Assembly: GCF_020885515.1 (NCBI RefSeq)
Contig: NZ_AP024987.1
Span: 1,320,001 to 1,352,000 of the forward strand
Reading direction: 5' to 3'
Length of the DNA stretch: 32,000 nt
Source of the DNA: a cyanobacterium endosymbiont of Braarudosphaera bigelowii
GTDB taxonomy: Bacteria > Cyanobacteriota > Cyanobacteriia > Cyanobacteriales > Microcystaceae
A program made the position numbers and the translations under genes. Below the pieces are notes generated by a model. That model ran no database searches. It had not been told where the DNA came from and saw nothing but the letters and a program-made list of their open reading frames with translations. Of this stretch, positions 1 through 9,873 are shown piece by piece; position 1 is the stretch's first letter, and the number at the start of each line of letters is the position of its first letter.

Positions 1-2
1 CT

Positions 3-191
3 TGGAGTAATAGTCAACGTCAATTTATAATTTATTTTCCTGAAGAAAGCATTAGTGGTCAAAAGGCCTTTTCTTATGGCCATAATAATAAATTTTTTAG
101 CACTCTTGAATCTTTTATGATAGACGAGCGCAAGGTTACTCTAGATCTTCTAATACTGTACACATTGCAGCGTATTACTAGACAGAAATGA
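3..191 (+). CDS. 3' end of an unidentified CDS truncated by the window edge (62 codons, then TGA)
   Basis: Frame 3 is open from the window edge to TGA at 189-191 (...FPEESISGQKAFSYGHNNKFFSTLESFMIDERKVTLDLLILYTLQRITRQK*). I recognise no family. A 62-codon open run is uncommon but possible by chance in DNA this AT-rich. Confidence 0.25.
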   Translation, partial: WSNSQRQFIIYFPEESISGQKAFSYGHNNKFFSTLESFMIDERKVTLDLLILYTLQRITRQK

Positions 192-412
192 TCTGCTAAA
201 TATTTATTAAAACTGAGTTGATTAATCATATAGGTCATCAACTCTATAATGGTGAAGATATAGCCTAGATTATCTTAGTTGATAAATACTTATTGTGAGG
301 ATTAGCGCTTCAGAAAGAAAATATGTTGATCCTCACATAGGCTATATAATTATAGAAACATACTCATCATAGTAGGTAAGTCTTAAATAATCTTTTTTTT
401 TACTTACTAAGA

Positions 413-1348
413 TTAGAAGGTAGAAAACTCTCCTAAGATTTTTACTTCTGGTTCAAGTAATAATGACCAATGGTCTTGAACCTTTTGTTGAACATAGCGA
501 ATTAAATAGAAAATATCTTCTGCCTTAGCATGACCACAATTTAAAATAAAATTAGCGTGACAATGAGATATTTCAGCATCACCTACACGGTGACCTTTTA
601 ATCCTAATTGTTCTATTAACCATCCTGCTGAATATGACGAAGGATTTCGAAACACGCTTCCACAGCTTGGCTTGTCATAAGGTTGAGAACTTTTTCTTTT
701 TTGAAGATTTTCTTGCGTTTTCTTTGTTATCTCTTCTCTAGTGAATCCTTGTTGCAGTTGAAGAGTTGCTTCAAGAACTAAATATTTTCCATTTTGCAAA
801 AAGGAAGTTCTATAATTATAATTTAGATCTTCAGGTGTCAATGTTTTAATTTTACCATCGTAAGACAAAACAACTACATTCACTAATAAATCAGCGATAC
901 ACTTATTGTGAGCCCCTGCATTCATAACAACTGCTCCACCAACTGTTCCAGGAATACCAACAGCCCATTCTAGGCCTAGCCAACCTTTTTTAGCAGCTTG
1001 CCAAGCGACACTGACAATTGGTCTTCCCGCAGCTACTGTAACACATCCTGTCTCCTCATTAAATTGATAATGACGAAAATTACGTGTACTTAGTACTAAT
1101 CCTTCAATCCCTTTATCACTTATTAAAAGATTAGAACCAGCTCCCAGTAATGTTAATGACAAATTTTTACTTGAGAACCATTCAAAAGTTGCTTGTAGTT
1201 CTTGCCAATTATGGGGAGTTGCATACCATTGAGCTTTTCCACCTACTTTGTAAGAAGTGTAAGGAGCCAAAGATACATTACTATGAATCTTCCCCATAGC
1301 ACCATGTGATTTAATATATCCAGACAAAGAAGGAAATAGATGAGTCAT
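413..1348 (-). CDS. murB: UDP-N-acetylenolpyruvoylglucosamine reductase (MurB)
   Basis: 311-aa ORF with an ATG start. It carries MurB hallmarks: LAPYTSYKVGG near the N-terminus, GAGSNLL, the FAD-binding-domain GIPGTVGGAVVMNAGA, and the C-terminal SCGSVFRNP and GDAEISxxHANF motifs. It is adjacent to murC. Confidence 0.93.
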   Translation of the reverse strand: MTHLFPSLSGYIKSHGAMGKIHSNVSLAPYTSYKVGGKAQWYATPHNWQELQATFEWFSSKNLSLTLLGAGSNLLISDKGIEGLVLSTRNFRHYQFNEETGCVTVAAGRPIVSVAWQAAKKGWLGLEWAVGIPGTVGGAVVMNAGAHNKCIADLLVNVVVLSYDGKIKTLTPEDLNYNYRTSFLQNGKYLVLEATLQLQQGFTREEITKKTQENLQKRKSSQPYDKPSCGSVFRNPSSYSAGWLIEQLGLKGHRVGDAEISHCHANFILNCGHAKAEDIFYLIRYVQQKVQDHWSLLLEPEVKILGEFSTF

Positions 1349-1464
1349 AAACTATCTAAATTAATTAAAGTTGACTGGAAAATACGACTGCTAGCTTAAT
1401 AAATTGTTCCGTTTCATGGACATGGTACATACTATAGTTTAATCAATTTTAATTATTAGTTAAT

Positions 1465-2922
1465 TCAACAAAGATTAATAATATTAGGGATAATTTGGTT
1501 TAGATTACCTGCACCCAAAAATAGAGCCAAGTCTTTAGGCTGTAATAATTCAGGAAGTTTCTGAGATAGAATTTCTAGAGATGGAAAATAAAATACTTGA
1601 GGATGGTTTTTCTTAACTTCTCTAACTAGATCTTCGCCATGTATATTATTAATATTAATTTCTCCAGCACCATAAATATCTGTTAAAACTACTAGATCTG
1701 CATTATTAAAACAAGTAGCAAATTTCTCTAATAAAGCAAAAGTACGGCTATATCGATGAGGCTGAAAGATAACAACTACACGATTAATTAAAGTATTGTC
1801 AATTTTAGAAACTGCTGCTGATAAAGTTGCATCAATCTCACTAGGATGATGGGCATAGTCGTCAATGAAAGTGATTTCGTTACAATAACCACGTTTTTCA
1901 AAACGCCTTTTTGGTCCTTGAAAATTTAATAGCGCATTTACAATGGTAGAAAATTCTAAACCTAGTTCCCTTCCAACAGCAATAGTAGCAAGAGCATTAC
2001 TAATATTATGATTACCAAGAATAGTTAAATTTAGCTGTCCTAAGCAAATTCCTCTTTCCCAGACTTCAGCTCTAGCTCCTTTATTATCATTAATAAGATT
2101 TTTAACTTTATAATCTGCTTGCTTATTAAAATCTAGGCTATAAGTAATATGAGGTGAAAAGTATGAAGAAATAATTTTACAATCAAGAGAGCCAACCAGA
2201 ATATCACATTGTGCTGCAAAAATTTGAAATGTGTTGATGACCTCATCTAAGTCTTGATAATAATCGGGATGATCCAGTTCTATATTGGTTATAACACCAA
2301 TATGAGGATGATGTTTAATTAGGGAACCATCAGATTCGTCTACTTCAGCTACAAGATATCCTTCTTTTGCACCCATTCTAGCATTACCATCCCAAGCATC
2401 CACCTCACCTCCAATAATAATAGTAGGGTCAATACCTGCTTGAAGCAACATATATCCAATTAGGCTACTAGTTGTTGTTTTGCCATGAGTACCTGCTATG
2501 CCAATACTCTTATAATCACTGATTAAAGCTGCTAAGATATCAGAACGATGAAAAATAGGACAACCCTTTTTTTTTGCAGCAAGATATTCAGGATTGTCAT
2601 TGGTAATAGCTGTAGAACAAATTACTTGAGGCAAATATTTTTTATTTTGAACAATTTTGTTGTCGTAATTAGAAGTGAAAATTTCTTCTAACACCTGTTT
2701 TTGGTTACAGTTAAAGAATTCCAAATTTATTGCTTCTTGATGATTAAAAATACGAACACCAACTTTTTGTAATCGTTCAATAATATTAGTTGAACGTAAA
2801 TCAGATCCAGAAACAGGAAGCTTACGTTTGGCTAAAATATATGCTAGAGCAGACATTCCAATTCCGCCAATGCCAATAAAGTGAAAAGGCTGACCACTAA
2901 AGTCTATAGTTTTTCCCATCAT
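1465..2922 (-). CDS. murC: UDP-N-acetylmuramate--L-alanine ligase (MurC)
   Basis: 485-aa ORF with FIGIGGIGMSALA (N-terminal Rossmann fold), the GTHGKTTTSS P-loop, and the DDYAHHPSE and PHRYSR Mur-ligase motifs. AAGGAG lies immediately upstream of the tandem ATG ATG (2917-2922), so the second ATG at 2919 may be the real start. Confidence 0.95.
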   Translation of the reverse strand: MMGKTIDFSGQPFHFIGIGGIGMSALAYILAKRKLPVSGSDLRSTNIIERLQKVGVRIFNHQEAINLEFFNCNQKQVLEEIFTSNYDNKIVQNKKYLPQVICSTAITNDNPEYLAAKKKGCPIFHRSDILAALISDYKSIGIAGTHGKTTTSSLIGYMLLQAGIDPTIIIGGEVDAWDGNARMGAKEGYLVAEVDESDGSLIKHHPHIGVITNIELDHPDYYQDLDEVINTFQIFAAQCDILVGSLDCKIISSYFSPHITYSLDFNKQADYKVKNLINDNKGARAEVWERGICLGQLNLTILGNHNISNALATIAVGRELGLEFSTIVNALLNFQGPKRRFEKRGYCNEITFIDDYAHHPSEIDATLSAAVSKIDNTLINRVVVIFQPHRYSRTFALLEKFATCFNNADLVVLTDIYGAGEININNIHGEDLVREVKKNHPQVFYFPSLEILSQKLPELLQPKDLALFLGAGNLNQIIPNIINLC

Positions 2923-3593
2923 CTCTCCTTACAAACCACACAACTAGAACGAAATTAATAGATTACAGATTTATGGCCACTACATAAAAAGCTAATTTGT
3001 TGGTTATAAAGCAGACCAAATCTAATAATAACTACATTTGATTTAAAGGTAAAGGTATTATATCTATCAAAAAATTATGAAAAAACAATACCACAACTTT
3101 TGACTATTAAAATATCTATTTTTAACCATTTTTGTATTTGCTAAGATCTCTTAGGAATAGGCTAATAAGAGGCAATAAATTAACAAAAATTGTAAAAAAT
3201 CGTTTACTTGGAAAGGTAATACTCTAACTACATATAGATGTTAAAGCTAAACAGTTAAGTTACTGAAAATAAACTTTATCAAAAATAAAGTTTATTTAGC
3301 TTATGAAAAGTACGTTCAAAGTTATCAAAATTGGCTGTGATTTTAGTTTTTTAGGCAACATTGATTATTATCTTATACTTATCTAATATATGAAATATAA
3401 GAACTAATATTAATAGTAGTTTCTCTTAAGGAAATTGAATTATTCTATATATTCATAGACGTTCATTGGGTTTTAATTTAATAAACTTAATATTGAACAA
3501 TAAGCAGGCCATTTTTGCAAAAAAAATAGTTTATAGTTTTTTGAAAATCTTATATTCTGTAATCTTTGCCTAATTAAAAACTTATAAAATTAT

Positions 3594-4193
3594 CTAAGTC
3601 TCAGAGAAGTACATATTTGACTTTCCTAAATTTAAGACTATTGCTTTATTTCCTTCTTGCCAGTCCACAGGACATACCTCTCCGGGATAATTCTGAACAT
3701 GTTGTATTGCCTTGAGAATACGTAACGTTTCATTGATACTACGTCCAAAGGATAAATTGTTAATTGTGATGTGTTGAATAATTCCTTCTCTATCAATTAT
3801 AAATAATCCCCTTAAAGCGACACCAGAATCTGGATCTAAAACATTATAAGCATTACTAATTTCTTTTTTCAGATCAGATATTAAAGGATAGTTTATATCA
3901 GCCACACCACCATTTGTACGAGGTGTTTGAATCCAAGCTAAATGAGAAAATTCACTGTCGACAGAAATGCCTAGAACTTCAGTATTTATTCTAGAGAATT
4001 CCTCATATCTATCACTAAAAGCAATTACTTCTGTAGGACAAACAAAAGTAAAATTTAAAGGGTAAAAAAACAAGACAACATATTTACCAAGGTAGTCAGA
4101 AAGCTTCTTAACTTGAAATTCCTGATCCACTATTGCTGTAGCTATAAAATCAGGAGCAACTTGTCCAACTCGTAAATTTTCTTGTATGTTCAT
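3594..4193 (-). CDS. Typical 2-Cys peroxiredoxin (AhpC/TSA family)
   Basis: 199-aa ORF. The peroxidatic Cys sits in [14 protein letters not shown] and the resolving Cys in GEVCPVDW. The overall sequence follows cyanobacterial/plastid 2-Cys Prx. Confidence 0.93.
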   Translation of the reverse strand: MNIQENLRVGQVAPDFIATAIVDQEFQVKKLSDYLGKYVVLFFYPLNFTFVCPTEVIAFSDRYEEFSRINTEVLGISVDSEFSHLAWIQTPRTNGGVADINYPLISDLKKEISNAYNVLDPDSGVALRGLFIIDREGIIQHITINNLSFGRSINETLRILKAIQHVQNYPGEVCPVDWQEGNKAIVLNLGKSNMYFSET

Positions 4194-4401
4194 AGTTCGA
4201 TCTCTAACAATAAAATCATTTAAGATTTATATTCTGTCATAAGCTTATCTTCAAGCTAATTATATTAGCTTTGTCTTAACTTATTTGTTTCTGAAACAAA
4301 ATATTTTTAGAATTAGCTATATACAGCAGATATAGAAATAATATGAATATTAAATTAATTTCACCGTTATCTTTGAAAAAGTAGAGTGAGATTACTTTGG
4401 T

Positions 4402-5157
4402 TTAGTTCATAACCATTCCACCATCTATATTGATTACTTGTCCTGTAATATAAGCTGCGGAAGGATCAACTGCCAAAAATTTTACGAGCCCTGCTACTTC
4501 TTTCACCGTACCTAACCTTCTTAAAGGAATAGATTGTAAAATATTTTCTTTTTCTATATCTTTTGTCATATTAGTATCAATAAAGCCAGGAGCGATAGCG
4601 TTAACTGTTATACTACGACTAGCGACTTCTTTCGCTACTGATTTAGTAAAACCCAATATACCTGCCTTAGCTGCACTATAGTTGGCTTGTCCAGGATTTC
4701 CTACTTCGCCTACTACAGAAGAAATATTAATTATACGCCCACTTTTTTGCTTGAGCATGATCTTTATAACAGCTTGAGTACAAAGAAAAACTCCTGTAAG
4801 ATTTAAGTCTATAACTGTTTGCCAATCATCAGGTTTCATACGTAATAACAATTTGTCCCGTGTAACTCCGGCATTATTAACCAAGATGTCAATCCTACCA
4901 AATGTATTTAATGTGGTGTCAATAAGTTTATTAATATCTTCTGAATTAGCAACATTGGCTTGAACCGCAATGGCTTCTCCTCCATTCTCTGTTATATTTT
5001 TTACTACTTTTTCTGCTGCTATTTTAGAATTAGAGTAGTTAACAACAACTTTTAGGCCCAAACTACTTAGCTCTATGGCAATAGCACGGCCAATACCTTG
5101 GGATGAACCAGTAACAATAGCAACTCTGGAATCTAACGGTAAAACTGATGTCAACAT
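4402..5157 (-). CDS. fabG: 3-oxoacyl-[acyl-carrier-protein] reductase (FabG, SDR family)
   Basis: 251-aa ORF with the VTGSSQGIGRAIA cofactor-binding motif, NNAG, the catalytic YSAAKAG (YxxxK), and a C-terminal ITGQVINIDGGMVM typical of FabG. Confidence 0.92.
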   Translation of the reverse strand: MLTSVLPLDSRVAIVTGSSQGIGRAIAIELSSLGLKVVVNYSNSKIAAEKVVKNITENGGEAIAVQANVANSEDINKLIDTTLNTFGRIDILVNNAGVTRDKLLLRMKPDDWQTVIDLNLTGVFLCTQAVIKIMLKQKSGRIINISSVVGEVGNPGQANYSAAKAGILGFTKSVAKEVASRSITVNAIAPGFIDTNMTKDIEKENILQSIPLRRLGTVKEVAGLVKFLAVDPSAAYITGQVINIDGGMVMN

Positions 5158-5245
5158 CTTATTTATAAAGCTCTACTATCTTAACTGTTTATATTTTCAA
5201 TTTTAGCTGTATAAATTAAGATAATATAAGAATTTTATAGATTTT

Positions 5246-7609
5246 TTGTCAAATCCTTTATTAATGGATACTCGTCAAATCAAATGGCAATCTCCACCAT
5301 TTATAGATTTACCTTCTTCGTTTATAAATGATCTTAACTCTTTTAATATTTCTTCTCTAGAAAATTTTATACCTCAACTTTTATGGAATAGAAATATTAG
5401 AACTTTAGATCAGCTTAAAAATTTCTTAGATTTTAGTTCCTATGAATCTATAAGCATTTTAGAAATTTGGAATGAAGCTATACCTTCTATTCATAGATTA
5501 AAGACAGCAATTGAAAATAAAGAAAAAGTTATGATCTGTGGAAGAGAAGGTATTAATAACATTATTGGTACAAGTTTATTGTGGGAAGGATTAGGAAACT
5601 TTCTAATTCCTTATATCCAAATTAATTACTATATTCCTAGTTATAGCACTAAGTGTCATGGCTTTAATAATGCAATGATAAGGCAATTAGCCATAGAAGG
5701 AGTAAGTTTAATTATTAGTTGTGGTGTCAAAGACTTTAATTTACAAGACATTACTTATGCAAAATCTCTAGGTATTGACATTGTCGCAATAGGTAGAAAT
5801 ATTAACATCAACAATCTACATGATACTCTTTATACTATCGATTCTTACTCTTTATCTGAAAATCATCCTTTTTTTAATTTATCAGAAACTCCATTAGCAT
5901 ATAAGTTAATTGAAGCTCTTCATATAAAAATATCTAACATACCAAACAATAATTTAGATAGTCTATTAGATTTAGTAGCTATTAATTCAATTTCTACTTT
6001 ATTGACATCAAATACAGAACTAAGATACTTAACTAAAAAAGGAATTCAAAATTTAGAGAAACAACTGAAAAATCCTAGTAGACCTGGGATAGCTTATCTA
6101 TTGTACTTATGTAAATTATCTGGAAGTCGTCCGACCGATATTTATTCTGGTATAGGTTCTAGAATTAACTCTATTTGTTGTGTTAATAAAAGTTCTAGTT
6201 TTCTTGTAGAATTACTAACTAATAAAAATAAAGACTATTCTGAAAAACTTGCTCTTGAGGCTGAATTATCTAATATCCGATATAATAATCTATTACAACA
6301 TATTATTAGAAATATTAGACAAACACTGAAAGATGTAGACTTGTTAACTACTCAAGTTATTGTTTTAGAAGATCCTGAATGGGAAAGTGAAATATTAAAA
6401 TTAATTGTTCAAGAGGTTTCACGTGAATATGATAAACCAACAATTTTATTAACAAATGCAGAATGTAAGGAAAGTAAACAGCAAAATTTAATTTTTTCTA
6501 AAGGATATGCATTTTCTTCTAATAATGTCAATACTTATAAATTAATATCTTCTCAACGAGATCTACTATACTCATTTTATGGAGAAGAACATTCAAATTT
6601 AATTGATTTAAGTTTAAAGACTGAAAATGTTTCCTTATTTAGGGAGAGAGTAAACCAATATTTGCGGCAGGAGTTTGTCGAAATAAATATTGTGCAATCT
6701 ATAATCAAAGCTGATCTAACAGTTACAGTTTCCCAACTTGGACAGTCTTTATTCAGAGAATTAAAGATTTTAGAGCCTTACAGTATAAATAATTTAATTC
6801 CTAAGTTACTAATTAAAAATTGTCATCTTAAAATTTCAAAGAGTAGGAACCGTAAACATGTCAAAAATAACACCTTAAAGTACATAAAAGCTGAGTTTAC
6901 CATTTATGACTCCTCCTCTACAGAAGGATTTTTTGGTGTTTGGTGGGGACATTCCAGAGAAGAGTTACAGGTTAAAGAAGATAAAAAATTCGATGTTATT
7001 GTAGAGTTAAGTTATAACAACTTACAACCTGAAAACTATGAAATACGTTTAGTCGAAATGAGAGAAATTTCTCATTCCCATAATCTTTCTACAATAAAAA
7101 AAACAAAAATAAAATTATTAGATTATAGAAATAACAATAAAGTTATTCCTAATAGTATGGAAAATGAATCAGTCAACCTCTGCCCTGTTGATTGGCTAGA
7201 ATTGTTAAGACTATATGACAAAAGCTGTAAAAACCAGCAGAGCTTAGTTTTGTCATACTCACATAGTATTGATTCATCTTCTATGAGTACAATCCAAAAA
7301 GCTATTGATATTGCCAATTTTTTATCTTGTAATGATAAAAAAATTACAAGAAAGAATTTACAGGAAATCTTATCATTAAGTGATTTTAGTCTAACATTAA
7401 CGTTAAGTTTCTTGGAAAAATTTGGATTTTTAATCAATAAAAACAATGAAAGGTTATCTTTTCATGCTGTAATAAATACAAATAGTCAATACAAAGTATT
7501 GCTACAAAAACTTACTGAAGTAATTGAAGAGGAAAATTTTAAGAAAAGATATTTTATTCAAATTCCTATAGAGATATTAGAACAAATTTTAGCCCATGGC
7601 AGTCCTTAG
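5246..7609 (+). CDS. recJ: RecJ-like protein (DHH-family single-stranded-DNA exonuclease homologue) with the catalytic motifs substituted
   Basis: 787-aa intact ORF. The track start is TTG at 5246, and ATG at 5264 is an alternative. It is collinear with cyanobacterial RecJ as I remember it: KVMICG..GTS, YYIPS..HGFN, EGVSLIIS, LGIDIVAI, GSRINS, VIVLEDPEW and FYGEEH..LSL correspond to the RecJ blocks. The expected DYDADG, DNG, DHH and GGH residues read REGINN, CGV, GRN and GEEH instead. See findings. Confidence 0.75.
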   Translation: MSNPLLMDTRQIKWQSPPFIDLPSSFINDLNSFNISSLENFIPQLLWNRNIRTLDQLKNFLDFSSYESISILEIWNEAIPSIHRLKTAIENKEKVMICGREGINNIIGTSLLWEGLGNFLIPYIQINYYIPSYSTKCHGFNNAMIRQLAIEGVSLIISCGVKDFNLQDITYAKSLGIDIVAIGRNININNLHDTLYTIDSYSLSENHPFFNLSETPLAYKLIEALHIKISNIPNNNLDSLLDLVAINSISTLLTSNTELRYLTKKGIQNLEKQLKNPSRPGIAYLLYLCKLSGSRPTDIYSGIGSRINSICCVNKSSSFLVELLTNKNKDYSEKLALEAELSNIRYNNLLQHIIRNIRQTLKDVDLLTTQVIVLEDPEWESEILKLIVQEVSREYDKPTILLTNAECKESKQQNLIFSKGYAFSSNNVNTYKLISSQRDLLYSFYGEEHSNLIDLSLKTENVSLFRERVNQYLRQEFVEINIVQSIIKADLTVTVSQLGQSLFRELKILEPYSINNLIPKLLIKNCHLKISKSRNRKHVKNNTLKYIKAEFTIYDSSSTEGFFGVWWGHSREELQVKEDKKFDVIVELSYNNLQPENYEIRLVEMREISHSHNLSTIKKTKIKLLDYRNNNKVIPNSMENESVNLCPVDWLELLRLYDKSCKNQQSLVLSYSHSIDSSSMSTIQKAIDIANFLSCNDKKITRKNLQEILSLSDFSLTLTLSFLEKFGFLINKNNERLSFHAVINTNSQYKVLLQKLTEVIEEENFKKRYFIQIPIEILEQILAHGSP

Positions 7610-7697
7610 TACCAAGTAATAACTTGCCTCTTAATAATCTAGAAAGTTGCATTATCTATTCAATCTCTAAGATAACGAAATTTTCAATTTAATTAAT

Positions 7698-8531
7698 ATG
7701 ATTACTAAAATAATAAAAAATATTGGTATTATCATTATAATTAGCAGTTCTTTTGCAGTTTATTCCATAAAAAATGCAAGTCTTGCTCCTGGAAAAGATG
7801 ATATACAGTATGAAAACAATACTTTAATGAAAGTATATAAAGATATAGAATTAGAAGCCATTCAATGGTATAACGAGGGAATTTTGAAGATAGAGAGTAA
7901 AAATTATCAGGAAGCAATTCTTTCTTTCACCACATCAATTGAGCTAAATAAAGATGATCCAGATTTTTACTATAATCGAGGTTATTCTTTTTTATCTTTA
8001 GAACAATTTCAGGAGGCAATTAGCGATTATACTCAAGCCATTCAACTCAATTCTGATTTTTCTTATGCTTACGGTAATCGATGTTATTCTTATCATCAAA
8101 CAAAAGACTATGAAAAAGCTATTGAAGATTGTTCAATAGCTATTAGTTTAGAACCTGATTACGCAGATTTTTATACTTATCGTGGTAATGCTAAAGATAA
8201 CTTAAAAATGCATGAAGATGCGGTTATAGACTATGGTAAGGCAATTTATTTAAAAAATAACAATTTTAAAACTTACTATAATCGAGCTCTAGCTTATAAT
8301 CGCCTAGGAAAGTCACTTAAAGCAGTTCTTGATTATACAAAGTCTATTGAGCTCAACCCTGACTTTGCTAATGCTTACCACAATAGAGGTGTAACACAGT
8401 ACAAGCTAGGAGAAACAGATAAAGCGATTAAAGATTTAAGGAAAGCGACTTTATTGTTTCAACTTCAAGGTAAAGTAGATAACGCTCAACATACTATAAG
8501 TACTTTAAAAGTTCTTCAACATGAAAAATGA
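7698..8531 (+). CDS. Tetratricopeptide-repeat (TPR) protein with N-terminal signal/anchor helix
   Basis: 277-aa ORF. The N-terminal hydrophobic segment (IGIIIIISSSFAVYS) is followed by about 6 tandem 34-aa TPR units with recurring AIxDYxxAIxLNPDxAxAYxNRG patterns. Confidence 0.85.
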   Translation: MITKIIKNIGIIIIISSSFAVYSIKNASLAPGKDDIQYENNTLMKVYKDIELEAIQWYNEGILKIESKNYQEAILSFTTSIELNKDDPDFYYNRGYSFLSLEQFQEAISDYTQAIQLNSDFSYAYGNRCYSYHQTKDYEKAIEDCSIAISLEPDYADFYTYRGNAKDNLKMHEDAVIDYGKAIYLKNNNFKTYYNRALAYNRLGKSLKAVLDYTKSIELNPDFANAYHNRGVTQYKLGETDKAIKDLRKATLLFQLQGKVDNAQHTISTLKVLQHEK

Positions 8532-8673
8532 TATTCTCTTTGTATATATCGAATAAGATGATATTGTAAATACTTCACTAATATTCTAATTGCGATAAAA
8601 GACAATATATAAGGGTACTAACCATGATATGCTCACATATTTCTCACAATAGATTTAAGTAAGATATTTTGTT

Positions 8674-9873
8674 TTAAGGATTAACAGGAAAATAAAATTC
8701 AATACCTTTGTCGATTAGATGTTGATTGTTAGCTAAAATCTCTTTTTTAAAATTCCAAGCTAAAACATAATAAATATCAGGCAATTCTTTTAATTCTTTT
8801 TCTATTAGGACTGGAATATGCATTCCTGGAGAATAAAGGCCTCTTCTAAGTTCGTTTTTTTCAATTAAATAATTTAAGTATTGTGTTCCTATACCAAAAT
8901 AATTTAACATTGTATTGCCTTTTACAGGAGCACCAAATCCCCAAATCTTTTTACCATCCTTTTTGGCTTGATCTAAAAAAGATAAGTTATCAACTTTCAT
9001 TTTTTTAATTCTTTTCGCAAAATCTAAATAGGTAGCAAATTCATTACTTTTATCCTCTACTTCTGCTTTTCGCATTTTTAACAGGCGTTCACTAGGATTC
9101 TTCTTACCCTTATGGGTTACATACCCAATAATTGAGCCACCATGAATGGGCGATAAATATGCGTCAAACATTGATAAATCATGACGCTCAAGTAAGATTT
9201 CTATCGTATTCAGATTATAGTATAAGAGATGTTCATGATATATTTGATCGAATGCTAAATTATCTACAATTTTTTTCATGTAAAGAAATTGCACTACAAA
9301 AATACCATCTTCTTTTAATGCTTTTTTTATGCCTTCAGTGACAGAATGTAATTCCTCCAGGTGAAAGAAAACTCCTGCCGCATTAATGATATCAAATTTT
9401 TTATTAAGAGATTTTACTAAGTTAAGATTAAAAAAATTATTAACTGTTGGAATATTATTATCATTAGCAATTTTTGCGGTTTTCTTAGATGATTCTACTC
9501 CCAGTACTTCGTAATCCAAAGCTTGAAAATGTTTTAATTGAGTTCCATCATTAGAACCTATATCTAAGACAGACTTAGTACGAAAATCCTTAAAAAATTT
9601 ATTATCGACTTCATGAGCAATATTTTTGAAATGTTCGCTTAGAGAATTTGTTACTCCAGATAGATAGGTATGATCTCCAAACATTATTTCTTTTTTGACA
9701 GTATAGTCCAGTTGTACTGTACCGCAATTGTGGCAATATAATACTCTTAATGGATAGAATGGTTCTTTTCCTATTGACTGGATATCCAAGAAATTGTTAC
9801 ACCAAGGTTGATGTCCTAAATCAATAGCTAGTTCTAAATCGGTAGAATCACAGACACGACAGATATTGTTCAA
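8674..9873 (-). CDS. SAM-dependent methyltransferase of the NDP-hexose C-methyltransferase type (N-terminal Zn-ribbon + class I MTase + C-methyltransferase C-terminal domain)
   Basis: 399-aa ORF with four N-terminal Cys (CRVCDS...CHNCG), as in the zinc-binding domain of TylCIII/TcaB9-like enzymes. The SAM motif is VLDIGSNDGTQL, and the C-terminal GFGAPVKGNTMLNY is typical of this family. The start is TTG (9871-9873), with AGGAG 8 nt upstream supporting it. Confidence 0.8.
   Translation of the reverse strand: MNNICRVCDSTDLELAIDLGHQPWCNNFLDIQSIGKEPFYPLRVLYCHNCGTVQLDYTVKKEIMFGDHTYLSGVTNSLSEHFKNIAHEVDNKFFKDFRTKSVLDIGSNDGTQLKHFQALDYEVLGVESSKKTAKIANDNNIPTVNNFFNLNLVKSLNKKFDIINAAGVFFHLEELHSVTEGIKKALKEDGIFVVQFLYMKKIVDNLAFDQIYHEHLLYYNLNTIEILLERHDLSMFDAYLSPIHGGSIIGYVTHKGKKNPSERLLKMRKAEVEDKSNEFATYLDFAKRIKKMKVDNLSFLDQAKKDGKKIWGFGAPVKGNTMLNYFGIGTQYLNYLIEKNELRRGLYSPGMHIPVLIEKELKELPDIYYVLAWNFKKEILANNQHLIDKGIEFYFPVNP

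Noticed and set aside
7123-7446. 107-aa ORF on the minus strand inside the RecJ-like gene
   Set aside because: It is entirely antisense to a much longer ORF with clear family-level homology. Its composition is low-complexity and Leu/Phe/Lys-rich, typical of the reverse frame of AT-rich coding DNA. I recognise no motif.
5246-7609. Calling the RecJ-like gene a pseudogene
   Set aside because: There are no internal stops or frameshifts over 787 codons despite extreme AT richness, and collinearity with RecJ runs to the C-terminus. I therefore annotated it as a CDS with degenerate motifs rather than a pseudogene. The question is left open in the findings.
9132-9341. 69-aa plus-strand ORF inside the C-methyltransferase gene
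   Set aside because: It is antisense to a well-supported CDS and has no recognisable domain or ribosome-binding site.
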